64,000 nucleotides of DNA, from NCBI GenBank assembly GCA_950097015.1, contig CATNEN010000038.1, positions 19,530,001 to 19,594,000 of the forward strand. Direction: 5' to 3'. Within the stretch, counting starts at the first letter, position 1. The number at the start of each line of letters is the position of its first letter. Source of the DNA: Macrostomum hystrix. Its lineage: Eukaryota; Animalia; Platyhelminthes. The position numbers and the translations under genes were made by a program. Below, piece by piece: positions 32,528 to 44,600 of the stretch. The notes below the pieces were generated by a model. That model did not search any database. It saw nothing but the letters and a program-made list of their open reading frames with translations, and had not been told where the DNA came from.

Positions 32528-32904
32528 CAGGGGTCGGCAAACTTATCAGCTAGCGGTCCGAAAAGATAACCTAAAGGACGACAGCTGGCCGCAATAGAAA
32601 TTGACAATAGAAATATGGGACACGGGAGAGATTTGACCGAGAGAGATGAGACACGGGAGAGATGAGACACGGGAGAGATGAGACACGAGAGAGATGAGAC
32701 ACGGGAGAGATGAGACACGGGAGAGATGAGACACTGGAGAGATGAGACACTGGAGAGATGAGACACGGGAGAGATGAGACACGGGAGAGATGGGACAGGA
32801 AAAGATGAAACAGGATACTGTAGGTGTCGGAAGGGGCAATGGGCCAGATTTGGGAGCTTCGAGGGTCGCATCTGGCCCGCGGGGCCGGAGTTTGCCGACC
32901 CGTG
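32528..32904. mobile_element. hAT (Charlie/MER58-like ends) MITE containing about 12 units of a 16-bp repeat
   Basis: Ends CAGGGGTCGGCAAACT / AGTTTGCCGACCCGTG, subterminal GGCCCGCGGGGCC, and an internal (GATGAGACACGGGAGA)n array. No TSD is recognisable. Confidence 0.8.
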
Positions 32905-33094
32905 AAATAGACAGACGACTAGTTACTGATCTTTAAAATTCGATATAGAAGCCTCAAATATATGTTGTCTTATCAACGAGCTACGGCTCCAATTACAGTC
33001 CATTGACTGATACAAACTCTTGAAGTCTGATCACCACTTCCAATCTTCGTGAGTTAGGTCTTAATGTTAAGACAGAATATTATGTATCATATTA

Positions 33095-33215
33095 TGACGA
33101 TGAGAAATTCAGGGCAGATGTACATCTGTATGAGTGTGTGCCAGCGTACAGTATATGTGTTCAGGAGTCAGCAGAATGGGCAGAAGAGCCTCATTGCTGG
33201 CTGCGGGTCTACTAT
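33095..33215 (+). mobile_element. SINE family A fragment
   Basis: TGACGATGAGAAATTCAGGGCAGATGTACA...TCAGGAGTCAGCAGAATGGGCAGAA matches the family body. Confidence 0.75.
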
Positions 33216-33701
33216 CAACAAATGTAGCAGTAGCGTAATTCCGGAGAAAATATTACCTGGTACCCGCTTTTTGGGCTTAGCGATCGTAGCCTCATAGTAG
33301 TATGTGGAAGCTATTTCCTTGTGTGTCCGCAAACAGAAGTTTATTTGTCAGAAATGTTTTGACTATACCATCAGACACCAACACACGCTGCTGAATTCTA
33401 GCGGAAAACACGAAACGATATTTGCTTGGGATCCGCTTAAACAGTCGCTGTGCGATCAAGTTTCCCAAAAATTTTCTAGATTTTGCCTCTAAATTATTCG
33501 CATTAAATATAGAAGCTTTCAGAAACTCTATCAGAAACTGTGGACAAAAACCACCCCACAAGGTTCGCAAACACAAAGTCGATTAGCGCTATAAAACGTT
33601 TTGTGTCTATACGAAAACGAAAAACGTTTTCGCGCTATAAAACGCGCCAGTTTTAATAAGAATCGCATTGCGCGGCACACATTTTTTAGGCCACAAAAGA
33701 A

Positions 33702-34575
33702 ATGAAGCTTTTCAGCTCGCTACCTTTTATACTGCTTCTTCGCTTCATTCAGGCCTGTGATACCCTTCCTGCAATTGAGATTCGAACACAGAACGGGTCC
33801 AACATCTCTGCCTACCTTGGCGCCTACACCTTGTGTGAGGCGGTGAAGCTGTGCCACGATGAAGGCAAAGGAATACTGAACTGGGACGCTCTGAAGGCGA
33901 TTAAGTCGAGTAGCGAATTCCTCAACTCGAGGAGCCCAGCCGGAATGCTGAGCTCATTATGGTGGTGGACCGGTCTGGTTGACGCCCTGGTGGAGAGACA
34001 CACAGCTCGAAGCGGTTGGGTGTGGATTGAAGACGGTCACGTCACCACCAATGCAGAAGGAGGTATAGATGCTTACACTGTACACTGAATCGATTTATAG
34101 GTTCTTCTGATCCTTGAGATGAAATATTTTTACAGGCCTGATATTCGGACAAGGAGAGCCTGGCAACGTCGCAGTCGGCGAGGACTGCGTGGCTGTAGGA
34201 TCTGGTTCAAAAATGACTTCCTGGGACGATAACTGCATCGCAAAGTACAATGCTCTGTGCTACACGACTCAAAGCCGTGGCTTGAAGCAGAGCACGGATG
34301 GCATTGAGTACTTTTCTAAGGCCGCAATCCTGACTTACAGCCAGCCAGATCCTGGATGTTCGATTTACAACCCAATTAAATCTACTCTGCTGGACTGCGC
34401 TGCTGACTGCTACATAATGGCTAACAAGGACTGCGTTGGCTTCTACTGGAACTCGGCAGGGCGTGACTGCATCCTGCTGCCGTTCTTCGATGCCTCTGTC
34501 CAGCTGATGTGGAATAACGAAGAGGAGAAGCTGCAGTGGGCCAAGTTTATGCGACGAAAGAACAATCTGCAGTAA
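33702..34575 (+). CDS. Secreted C-type lectin + PAN/apple-like protein, copy 3 (266 aa)
   Basis: Exons 33702-34062 and 34136-34575 (phase 1). Motifs are WWTGLVD, EPGNVAVGEDC, SWDDNC and CAADC..CVGFYWN..C. Confidence 0.85.
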
Positions 34576-35611
34576 TAACAGCATAGCCCACGAGGATTGA
34601 TACGAAAAAGTCTATTTTACAAACACAAAGATGGATTCACATAAACCTGCAGTATGCTTTACCTCTAGCAGTTACTATTTTTTATCGCGCTATTGCGTTA
34701 TTGATAGTACGTGTGGCGTCCTCAGTTAATGAGCTTCAGTCCAACAGCCTTCAGATGCGTCGAGCAATTGCTGCACAGAATTATAGCTACAATATCTGCA
34801 CACCTGCCCCAGTCTTATGACTAAAGCCTAGTCCTGACTTAATTAAGTTGTCTTAGGACACCTGTGACCTGAGACTGCTGAACTGAATGACCGATTATCG
34901 ATTATCGGATCAACAGTTTCCGCCCTTTACGATGAACTTACTTTCAAAGCCATCCGACTTCAGCATCATCGAGAAAGTCAGGAAGTCAAGGAAGTCGAGA
35001 TATTCAGTGACGATATTGTCGAAGACATTGGTGACAAGAACAATTAGCATAGCTCTGTTTAAACCACCTCTGTTGCGAATCTATATAGGTTGAAAATTAA
35101 AATAATTAACAATATGCTCATACTCAATACAATGTAATCAACAATAGTAGTCGACTTGGCTACATTATGAAGTTTTGAGGGTAGAAAAACTAATTCTACC
35201 TTGGTGGCTTTTGCCCACGCGGACGAGAATCCTTGAATAACTCGACGATGCCGATGTTTTGTGATTCTGTAAGTTGGTTGATTGGATGAAGCCGAAAATT
35301 TTAGCTCTCGACGTGTTCTGGATTTTAATGACGTTTGGTTGAAAATGGAAAGCGATACAGAAAAAATAAAATGTGGATATTTGAATACCTGTCGATGTCT
35401 TTCTACTGTTAATGAGAAGCACACAATTTTTCCTATCGATTGTATTTGCATTCTTTTAAGTCACGTATGACCAGCAATTTATGCAAACATGTCAGCGGTT
35501 GCTAAGCAAGTCTTTCTTTAAGCAGATCAAACACACGGTGAAGCGTGCAGATTAAAAGGCCTACTATACTTCCCACAACGACAACCGAACAATCAAGCTA
35601 AAAGTTTTGCC

Positions 35612-36505
35612 ATGAAATTTTACCACTTTATCCTACTGCTACAGTTGCAACAGCTGAGCAGCAGTGAGACTTATTCTCCTATTGAGATTCAAGTTCAGAA
35701 CGGCTTTAATATCACTGCTTATATTGGTGAATTCACTCTGTGTGAGGCGGTGAAGCTGTGCCACGATGAAGGCAAAAGCATACTGAACTGGGACGCGTTG
35801 ATGGCTATAAGGTCGAGTAACGAATTCCTCAACACGAACAGCCCATCAGGGACTAAGCTGAGCTATCTCAGTTGGTGGACCGGTCTGGTTGACGCACTGG
35901 TGGAGAGAAACACAACACGGAGCGGATGGGTGTGGATTGAAGACGGTCGCGTCACCACCGAGGCTGAAGGAGGTAAAGAAAAATAATGTTGTGCATGCAA
36001 AGTATGACTAAGTTTATAAGGGCTGTTGTGACGAAAATATCAACGCTACTTTTCTCATGACAAAGGCAGTATATTCGGCAGCAAAGAGCCAGATAATATC
36101 AGACATGAGGACTGTGTTGCTGTCGGAAGTAGCAGCGCGATGACCGGTTGGGACGAAAATTGCCACGCTAGATACAACGCGCTGTGTTACACGTCTGATA
36201 ATCTCAATGGAAGCTTGGACAATAATAGAGGCCCTGCCTTCTTCGACCAGACGGCAATTAAGGCGTACAATCAACCTGATCCAGGATGTTACGTGCGTGT
36301 TGCTGCATCAAAAAAGTACACTCATCATCTGGACTGCGCTGCTGATTGCATTGGTCTTTCGAACATCTGTGTTGGCTTCTACTGGAACTCCGTCAGGCGA
36401 GACTGCATCCTGCTGCCGTTTTTTGACGCCTCCGTCCAGCTGATGTGGAATAACGACGAGGAGAAGCTGCAGTGGACCAAGTTTTTGAGAGGAAGACATT
36501 TCTAA
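35612..36505 (+). CDS. Secreted C-type lectin + PAN/apple-like protein, copy 4 (266 aa)
   Basis: Exons 35612-35972 and 36066-36505 (phase 1). Motifs are EPDNIRHEDC and GWDENC. It is the closest paralogue of copy 3. Confidence 0.85.
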
Positions 36506-38644
36506 TATATAGTTGACAAGATCCGTCTGACTTCGTCGAGCATTAAGAGCTGGTCGAAAGTTCTAGTTGTTTGTGCACTGTTTGAGTAAGAACAATTCAT
36601 TAAAGACACAAGTCAGGAGTCCATCGATAATCCAGTTTCAATCTTTGTGAAAATTCTGAATAAATTTTAGCTGCTTGCACATGAAACAGTAAAATTACGT
36701 ATTCTCTCTGAGAGGTAATCGATATAGGGACCGCAAATTACTTTTCGGGAATAACCGAGCGAAAACGCAAGCTAAAAATGCGCATCTGCTTTGCATCCTA
36801 TAATTGACTGTTGCTCTAGCTATATGATACTCCAAAAAGCTGTTTACACCCATATAAGTTTGTAATGTAAAACTTACGACAACTTTGACCATGAAGTTCA
36901 AAACATCAAAAAATGAACTGAAGTCCTCGATAAACAGAGTATGATCTCAGCTCTAGTTTGGTCACTCATGAAATAAAAAATATAAAAGTCGTCTGCCGCA
37001 CGCATGGCTTAAAGTTCAAATTGTATGTTCATAACATACTTTTAATTGCAGCATTTATGTAAGTTATACTGACGTATAGTTGGCAAACAACTGGTCCCAT
37101 CCGATTTAAAAAATGGAAATAAAATATCACAGAACATAAAAAACACCGTGGTGTCATAAGAGATTGCACTCTCATAAACTGTAAGTTTTTACAAGAATAT
37201 TGAACTCCAGTACTATCTAGTACTCTAGTTTGCATATTCAGGCTTACAGTTAATAAAGCAGTACAGTAAATAAAAACTACTGTTAATTGGCATAATAAAT
37301 TATTACAGTTGAATTTAAACGCCCGCGGCTAAAGGTATCTGTTATAACAATTTTAACTGACAGGAAGCTCCTAAAACGATTTCGAAATTAAAATATAAAT
37401 TATAGCACAGACGCGTAATGGCCGTCTTAAATAATAATAGATATCTGGGAAATTAAATGTGAAGAATTGTCTTTGATATTTTTTAACTTACTCGTGATTC
37501 ATAGAATTTACTGTCTGTAAAACAGTGATGATTGTGTCAACAACTGGTGTGTGGGGCCAGTAAGCCTGTGCTACGCAACAAATTATTTTGCTATGATAAA
37601 AAATAAACAATTATTACAAAATGAAGCTAAGGGCTGAATGCCATCCTTATATTTGACTGTTGCTCTTTGTGCAGGCAGTGCTGCGTTTACTGAAACGCAT
37701 GCTAATACTGTTATTTTTGCATGTTATTTTAGTTCTCTTTGGATACCTATTCACCTGATCCGTGCTTATCTTTACTGTTGATTTGCACAATTATTTTCCA
37801 TGTTTAATGATAAATTAACACTATTGTGATAGTTACTAAATCCATTGGTGTTGCTTTACATTTAAAAGCTATCCTACAGCTATGTTTAAATGATTTTGTA
37901 ATCTGTTTATAAATTGGAGCATATATGTAACTTTGTGTAACAGCTGCTAGATAGTGAATGGAAATTATGTACTCAATATGTACTTTTAGGTAGTTGTACA
38001 ATATGCCTCACTTTAGATTTTTTTCCAATTATCAGAAGTCTATAGTATAGATCTTGATGTTATTTTACATTGTTTGTGATATATAATTTTTATTTTTGTT
38101 TCGATCACCATTAATATAAACTAAGTATAATGTCTTTATCTTCTGAATCTGGCAGCTAGCTGTAGTAAAATTTTTACTAATCCCTTGCTTATCCCCTAGT
38201 TTTCTTGAATCAACAATGTATAACTTTCATGATTAAATGACTTTTAACTTACAGGATTAACAGTTATAGAATAATATATAATCCTTGTTTTACTCTTTTA
38301 CTATAGTTAGCAAGCTATATAGGTTTTTATTAACTATATTTTTTGTAAACTAGCTAACTGTATTTGCAAAAATCTATAAAATTTTACCTTAACATCTAAA
38401 ACATATTTAAAGTTCTGCTGTCTTTGTGATATTGCCAATCTTAAAGTCAATAAAATGGACTAGTTACACATAACACATGCATTTATAAATTCAGAGAATA
38501 AAAACTCTGTGCTTTCATTGTACATTATGATTAAACTGGCCATTGAAAATATCCTACTACCTAGTATTTAAACAGACCTAATAGCTGATAATTATTTTTT
38601 CTGTTTTCATAGACCTAAGTAATGTAGTCTTACAAAAACAAAAT

Positions 38645-38987
38645 ATTAATTGCTTGATAACTGCTGACAATGGCGTATCATTTGGTAACAATAAACCCCA
38701 AGAAAGCAAATAGAGAATTCTGCCCATTTTGCTAACTCCTGAGCACACTACACATACTATACATAGGCACACTCAAAAAATTTGTACATATGCCCAGACT
38801 TTCTCATTGTCAGGCAGTGTACATTTTCACAGGGCCTTGGAGGTTGGTCTTCCAGGTTTAAATTTATCAGCAACCCCAAACCTTCTCTTGATGGCTGCGC
38901 CCAAAATTAACATGGCATTGCTCTGGAATTGAGCTCAGAACCGTTGTGTGAGAGACAAGCACATTAGAAAACTCTGCCACTCACCCC
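38645..38987 (-). mobile_element. SINE family A copy, near full length and diverged
   Basis: The reverse complement runs from the head (GGGGTGAGTGGCAGAG) to the 3' end. Confidence 0.8.
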
Positions 38988-39213
38988 TATTACCCTTAGT
39001 CATTAACGTTGGTCATTTTTTTAATTTTACTTAACCACTCTCTTCTGAAAGCATGCATAATGTCAGCAAAAAATGTCTTAAGTAGCTATTTTCTATCATA
39101 GTTCGAATTTATTTTTTATGTGTTTTAATTCTATAATTTTTAATTTTGACTAAAAATTGATTTGCTCTGGGATAATTTTTTTGTGTGAAGAAAAGCTAAA
39201 ATCAGCCAATATC

Positions 39214-40716
39214 ATGCAGCATCCCGCTGAAGTAGACGAAGTGACCATTGATGGGCCCGATGGCGAGGTGGACAGTCGACAGATTGACGCCAATGGCGAA
39301 ACGTCCACAATGTTAACCGGACTGCGAATGGATCCGGCGCCACATCTACTGCTGCCTGTCGGCTTGTCAATCAGCTTAGCCGCATTATGGTTACTAATTC
39401 TGTCTCTAGCCAGCATAATACTCATACCGTTGATGTATTCAGATTTCGACGAACGCTATCCACTTCGACTCGACTATCACAATCTGTATGGCTACGGCAT
39501 CTGGCTAGCCTTTCTCTTAGTTGGCTGCGGCACTCTGTCCATTAGAACGGCGTGCGGTCGATCAGCAAAATCGGTGTGTGCTTTTTTATCTAAAATTCTT
39601 CCCTGATTAGATTCCTCTGATTAAAGAGTTTCTAAAATTTTTAATTCCATATAAAAAACACTTCAGTTCATTCGATTCTACGCGATTGCTTGGCTGGCTG
39701 GTCTCGCCTGTCTCGGTGTCGTTGTAGCTCGAGTTGTTTATTATGCAAAGGCCAATTATAGCGACTTGTCAACAAATGGTTTGCCGGTGAGAAAATACAG
39801 ACTTATGTTTTGCGAAATGCTCTAAACCCTTTAAAACTGCCGCAACTCTATTAGCAGCCTTTGAAAAATGCCGCCGCTCTATTAGCAGCCTTTGAAAAAT
39901 GCCGCCACTCTATTAACAGCCTTTGAAAAATGCCGCCGCTCTTATTAGCACCCTTTGAAAAATACCGCCACTCTATTAGCAGCCTTTGAAAAATGCCGCC
40001 ACTCTATTAGCACCCTTTGAAAAATACCGCCACTCTATTAGCACCCTTTGAAAAATGCCGCCGCTCTATTAGCAGCCTTTGAAAAATACCGCCACTCTAT
40101 TAGCAGCCTTTGAAAAATGCCGCCGCTCTATTAGCAGCCTTTGAAAAATACCGCCACTCTATTAGCAGCCTTTGAAAAATGCCGCCACTCTATTAGCAGC
40201 CTTTGAAAAATGCCGCCACTCTATTAGCAGCCTTTGAAAAATGCCGCCACTCTATTGGCATCCTTTGAAAAATGCCGCCACTCTATTAGCAGCCTTTGAA
40301 AAATACCGCCACTCTATTAGCATCCTTTGAAAAATGCCGCCACTCTATTAGCATCATTTTAAATATGCCGCCACTCTATTAGCATTCTTTAAAAAACACC
40401 GCTACTTAATTAAAATCCTTTTCGTATTAGTAAAATGATTTCACCACAAAAATCCAATCCCGCGCTTTGACCTACTTCCAGTAGTGTTATTGAAAAAAAA
40501 AATTTCTAACCACATTTTCAGCACAACATAACCCAGTTCCGTGTTCAGATCGCTTGTGATGCAATGACTGTCGCTAGCCTTCTGTTCGTTAGTTTCGCTA
40601 TAGTTTTTTATCACAGTACAGCGGTGATTTACTGGTCGCCTGTGGTAACCAACCAGTCGCCAAACAGTGACAGCGACCAGGTGACTATTGTCAATCGGTC
40701 GATTAATCAATTATAA
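39214..40716 (+). CDS. Small four-TM membrane protein (MS4A/CD20-like topology), 3 exons, about 224 aa
   Basis: Exons 39214-39573, 39667-39786 and 40522-40716 are all phase 0 with GT-AG ends and stay open throughout. There are four hydrophobic segments. GYGIWLAFLLVGCGTLSI resembles the G.GIW.G...G.L.I segment of MS4A-like proteins. The family call is tentative. Confidence 0.68.
39838..40400. repeat. 31-bp minisatellite (CTCTATTAGCAGCCTTTGAAAAATGCCGCCA) in intron 2 of the four-TM gene
   Basis: About 18 units with a 31-bp period. Confidence 0.95.
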
Positions 40717-41159
40717 TCAATTGTCAATTAATTATTTAACGCTTTCTATACAGATTTCTCCTCAAGCACTTTGCGTTTACTCATCAATAGGTCGTAAAAG
40801 TGTTTTGTTTCCAGTTTTTATATTAAATTCAAATATTCAAGAATTTTGAACAAATACAAACTCCAATATCTAGTTTAAAAAACATGATTTGTAAAAACAA
40901 TATCGATTTTTTGAGACCTCTGAGAATTCAATTATCCTTTTTTTAAACTGACAACGATTTTGTATACTTCTGTAAAACTTTTTACACAACACTTTTTAAA
41001 CTTTGAAGTGTTATATTTCCTACTTTAGCTTTCAGGGTTACCTTCTCATCTAAAAGAAAAAATGAATGACAATATGTTTTCAACAATATATCAGATGTTA
41101 AATGAACTAAGCGAATCGCGATTTTGTTTATTTAAGTAATTTAAGAATTCGGTTTTAGG

Positions 41160-41473
41160 TGCCAAAGCAGAAGACCCTGGATAGACAGTGGCCAAAGCAG
41201 AAGACCCTGGATTGGCAGTGGCCATAGCAGAAGACCCTGGATTGGCAGTGGCCAAAGCAGAAGACCCTGGATTGGCAGTGGCCAATCAAAAGACCCTGGA
41301 TTGGCAGTGGCCAATCAAAAGACCCTGGATTGGCAGTGGCCATAGCAGAAGACCCTGGATAGGCAGTGGCCATATCAAAAGACCCTGGATTGGCAGTGGC
41401 CATAGCAGAAGACCCTGGATAGGCAGTGGCCATAGCAGAAGACCCTGGATTGACAGTGGCCAAAGCAGAAGAC
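41160..41473. repeat. 29/30-bp minisatellite (GCCATAGCAGAAGACCCTGGATTGGCAGTG) just upstream of MON2
   Basis: About 10 units, ending about 140 bp before the MON2 ATG. Confidence 0.93.
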
Positions 41474-41611
41474 ACAGTTTTAGACGAAGTACATTCGCTA
41501 GGTCTTTATTAATAAACAAAAATTTCAGCCTTCTCTACCGAGGGGTTTCCTGAGCGAAAGTTTCTTAAAAAAAACGTCAAAGAAAAACTAGAAGCTGAAG
41601 CAGACGCCGCA

Positions 41612-44600
41612 ATGTCGTCAGCCCAGGTGCTGGACCAGGTGAAATCGGATCTGCGCGCCCTGTCAGTTGAATCGCGTCGCAAGCATCCGCAGGTTCGCGA
41701 CGCCTCTGAGGCGGCGCTGGTTCGACTGGGCCAGTTGAATATGTCTGCGATACCAGCTGAACAGCTTCGCAGGGAACTCCTGCAGATGAATAACGAGTTA
41801 GTGCGGCCTGTACTACTGTCCTGTTCTACTAAGAATCCCAAGCTTATTCAGCTGGCTTTACAGGTTTGACTTATCTACTGTCTATTATCTACTGTCTCTT
41901 ATCTACTGTCTCTTATCTACTGTCTCTTATCTACTGTCTATTATCTACTGTCTTCTATCTACTGTCTCTTATCTACTGTCTCTTATCTACTGTCTATTAT
42001 CTACTGTCTATTATCTACTGTCTCTTATCTACTGTCTATTATCTACTGTCTATTATCTACTGTCTATTATCTACTGTCTATTATCTACTGTCTATTATCT
42101 ACTGTCTATTATCTACTGTCTGTTATCTACTGTCTATTATCTACTGTCTATTATCTACTGTCTATTATCTACTGTCTGTTATCTACTGTCTTCTATCTGC
42201 TGTCTCTTATCTACTGTATTCTATCTACTGTCTATTATCTACTGTCTATTATCTACTGTCTTCTATCTACTGTCTCTTATCTACTGTCTTCTATCTACTG
42301 TCTATTATCTACTGTCTATTATCTACTGTCTATTATCTACTGTCTGTTATCTACTGTCTTCTATCTGCTGTCTCTTATCTACTGTATTCTATCTACTGTC
42401 TCTTATCTACTCTCTTCCCTATTATCTACTGTCTTATACCATATCTACTGTTCAAGTCATAAATGTTACTGTTGTCCATTGTATATTGGTTAGTGTCTAC
42501 TCTCTACTTTCTACTCTCTACTGTCTACTCTTAACTCACTACTTTCTGCTTCCACTGTCTATTGTCTACTTACTCTATCCACAATATAATATTTTTATTA
42601 TATACTCTACCCTCTACTGTCTACCGCCCACCTGTCCTTAACAAACCAAGGCACTGCAGCGTCTACTGGGCGCCCGCCTAGTCAGCGAAGAGTCGGGCGC
42701 CATGGTGGTGCAAAGCATGTGGACTCTGATGGAGGAGAGTGTTGAAGAGGTTCGCCTATTGCAGACGGCCATGCTTCTAGTTAGCAATTGTCCCGGATTA
42801 GCCGGACGGCCATTGTCCAAAGCCCTGGCTCTGGTGCTGCGCCTGCACTTTAGTCGCAGCTCCATGGTGACGCAGACGGCGGCTGCCACAATTAGACAAT
42901 GCCTCACGGCAGTCATGGACCGGGTGACGGCCGAGGATGCGGCTAGCAGGGCCGGCGCCAGCGACATTGTCAACTGCTCGGAGATTCAACCGGCTGCTGA
43001 GGATGCTAGAAATCTGCTCACTGATCTGTGCCTGCTGGTTAATGGCGAACAGCCGCACTGGCTGCACGGGCTGACCACAATGACCAGGTCGCTGGGCTTG
43101 GAACTGTTGCACGCCGCTTTAGCCGATTTTCCCAAGGTTCGATATTTCTAATACTCACTGCCTACTTCACAATAGCTCCCAAACCGATTGACCGATATTC
43201 CTGAAAGCCTGCCATATGGATCCAAGGTGTAATATAGATTTATTTGTCTCATTGTTGTAAGTTAAAATATTATTTATTCATAGGTGTAGATTGTGATCGC
43301 AAACATCAACCAACCTACCATTTAAATCTGCCATTTACAGGTGTTCTCAGAGAATCCGCACTTCACCCGCCTACTCAAAGAGCAAGTCTGTCCTTTAATC
43401 ATTCGCCTATTCGGTCCAACTCACAAGCATTCTAGCGCCTCGGGTGCACCCGGCGGCATGCTGCCCCACGTGCCACCAGCTCCGCTGGGTGACTTTCCTC
43501 CGACGGCCTCAGCTGCACCAACTGCTGTACTATCGCCTACCTCTGCTAATTTCGCCATTCACGTCCGCCTTCACCGTCTAGTTGGCGTACTGTTGCACTC
43601 TTATTTCGGTCTGGTTAGCACCGAATGCGAAATATTTCTGACCCTTCTGATTCGTCTAATAGATTTGAACCAGTGGCCCTGGCAGAGGATGCTGGCACTG
43701 GAGGTGCTGCACCGCCTGGTGCAGAGACCCGGCTTGGTGGCTTCGGTCTGCTGCGCCTACGATATGAAGCCACACGCTTCAAAGATCTTCGCCGACCTGG
43801 TTGGCGCTCTGGCCGGCTTTGTACAGGGCGTGTTCACAGCGCCCAGGGAGTCGGGAGTCGGCACCGGGACCGCCGTCAGCGTCTCAGCCAGTGAGTCAGC
43901 TGGAGAGTGAACTCGGATTGACAGGCTGTGTGTGACTTGCTGAGTGACAGGCTGTGTGTGACTTGCGGAGTGACAGGCTGAGTGTGACTTGCTGAGTGAC
44001 AGGCTGTGTGTGACTTGCTGAGTGACAGGCTGTGTGTGACTTGCGGAGTGACAGGCTGAGTGTGACTTGCTGAGTGACAGGCTGTGTGTGACTTGCGGAG
44101 TGACAGGCTGAGTGACTTGCTGAGTGACAGGCTGAGTGACTTGCTGAGTGACAGGCTGAGTGACTTGCTGAGTGACAGGCTGAGTGACTTGCTGAGTGAC
44201 AGGCTGAGTGACTTGCTGAGTGACAGACTGTGTGTGACTTGCGGAGTGACAGGCTTTGTGTCTTGCTGAGTGACAGGCTGAGTGACAGACTTGCTGAGTG
44301 ACAGGCTGAGTGACTTGCTGAGTGACAGGCTGTGTGTGACTTGCTGAGTGACAGACTGTATGTGACTTGCTGAGTGACAGACTGTGTGTGACTTGCTGAG
44401 TGACAGGCTGAGTGATAGTCTGTGTGGCTTGCTGAGTGACGGGCTGTGTCTTTCTGAGTGACAGTCTGTGTGTCTAGCGACAGTCTGTGTCTTGCTGAGT
44501 GACATGTGTAAAATTTCCTTATGTGTAAAAAATTAGGAAAACAAAGCTGATGTTCCTACTGTCTCGCAGCAGTATTATATCGGTAAAACTATATTATAGT

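Noticed and set aside
35059-35451. Possible decayed pogo-like transposase (WAKATKVELVFLPSK)
   Set aside because: There is only one short motif-like stretch, with no catalytic residues or TIRs. That is too weak to call without a profile search.
41866-42462. Hydrophobic Tyr/Leu/Cys-rich membrane protein
   Set aside because: It is the translation of the 14-bp intronic array of MON2.
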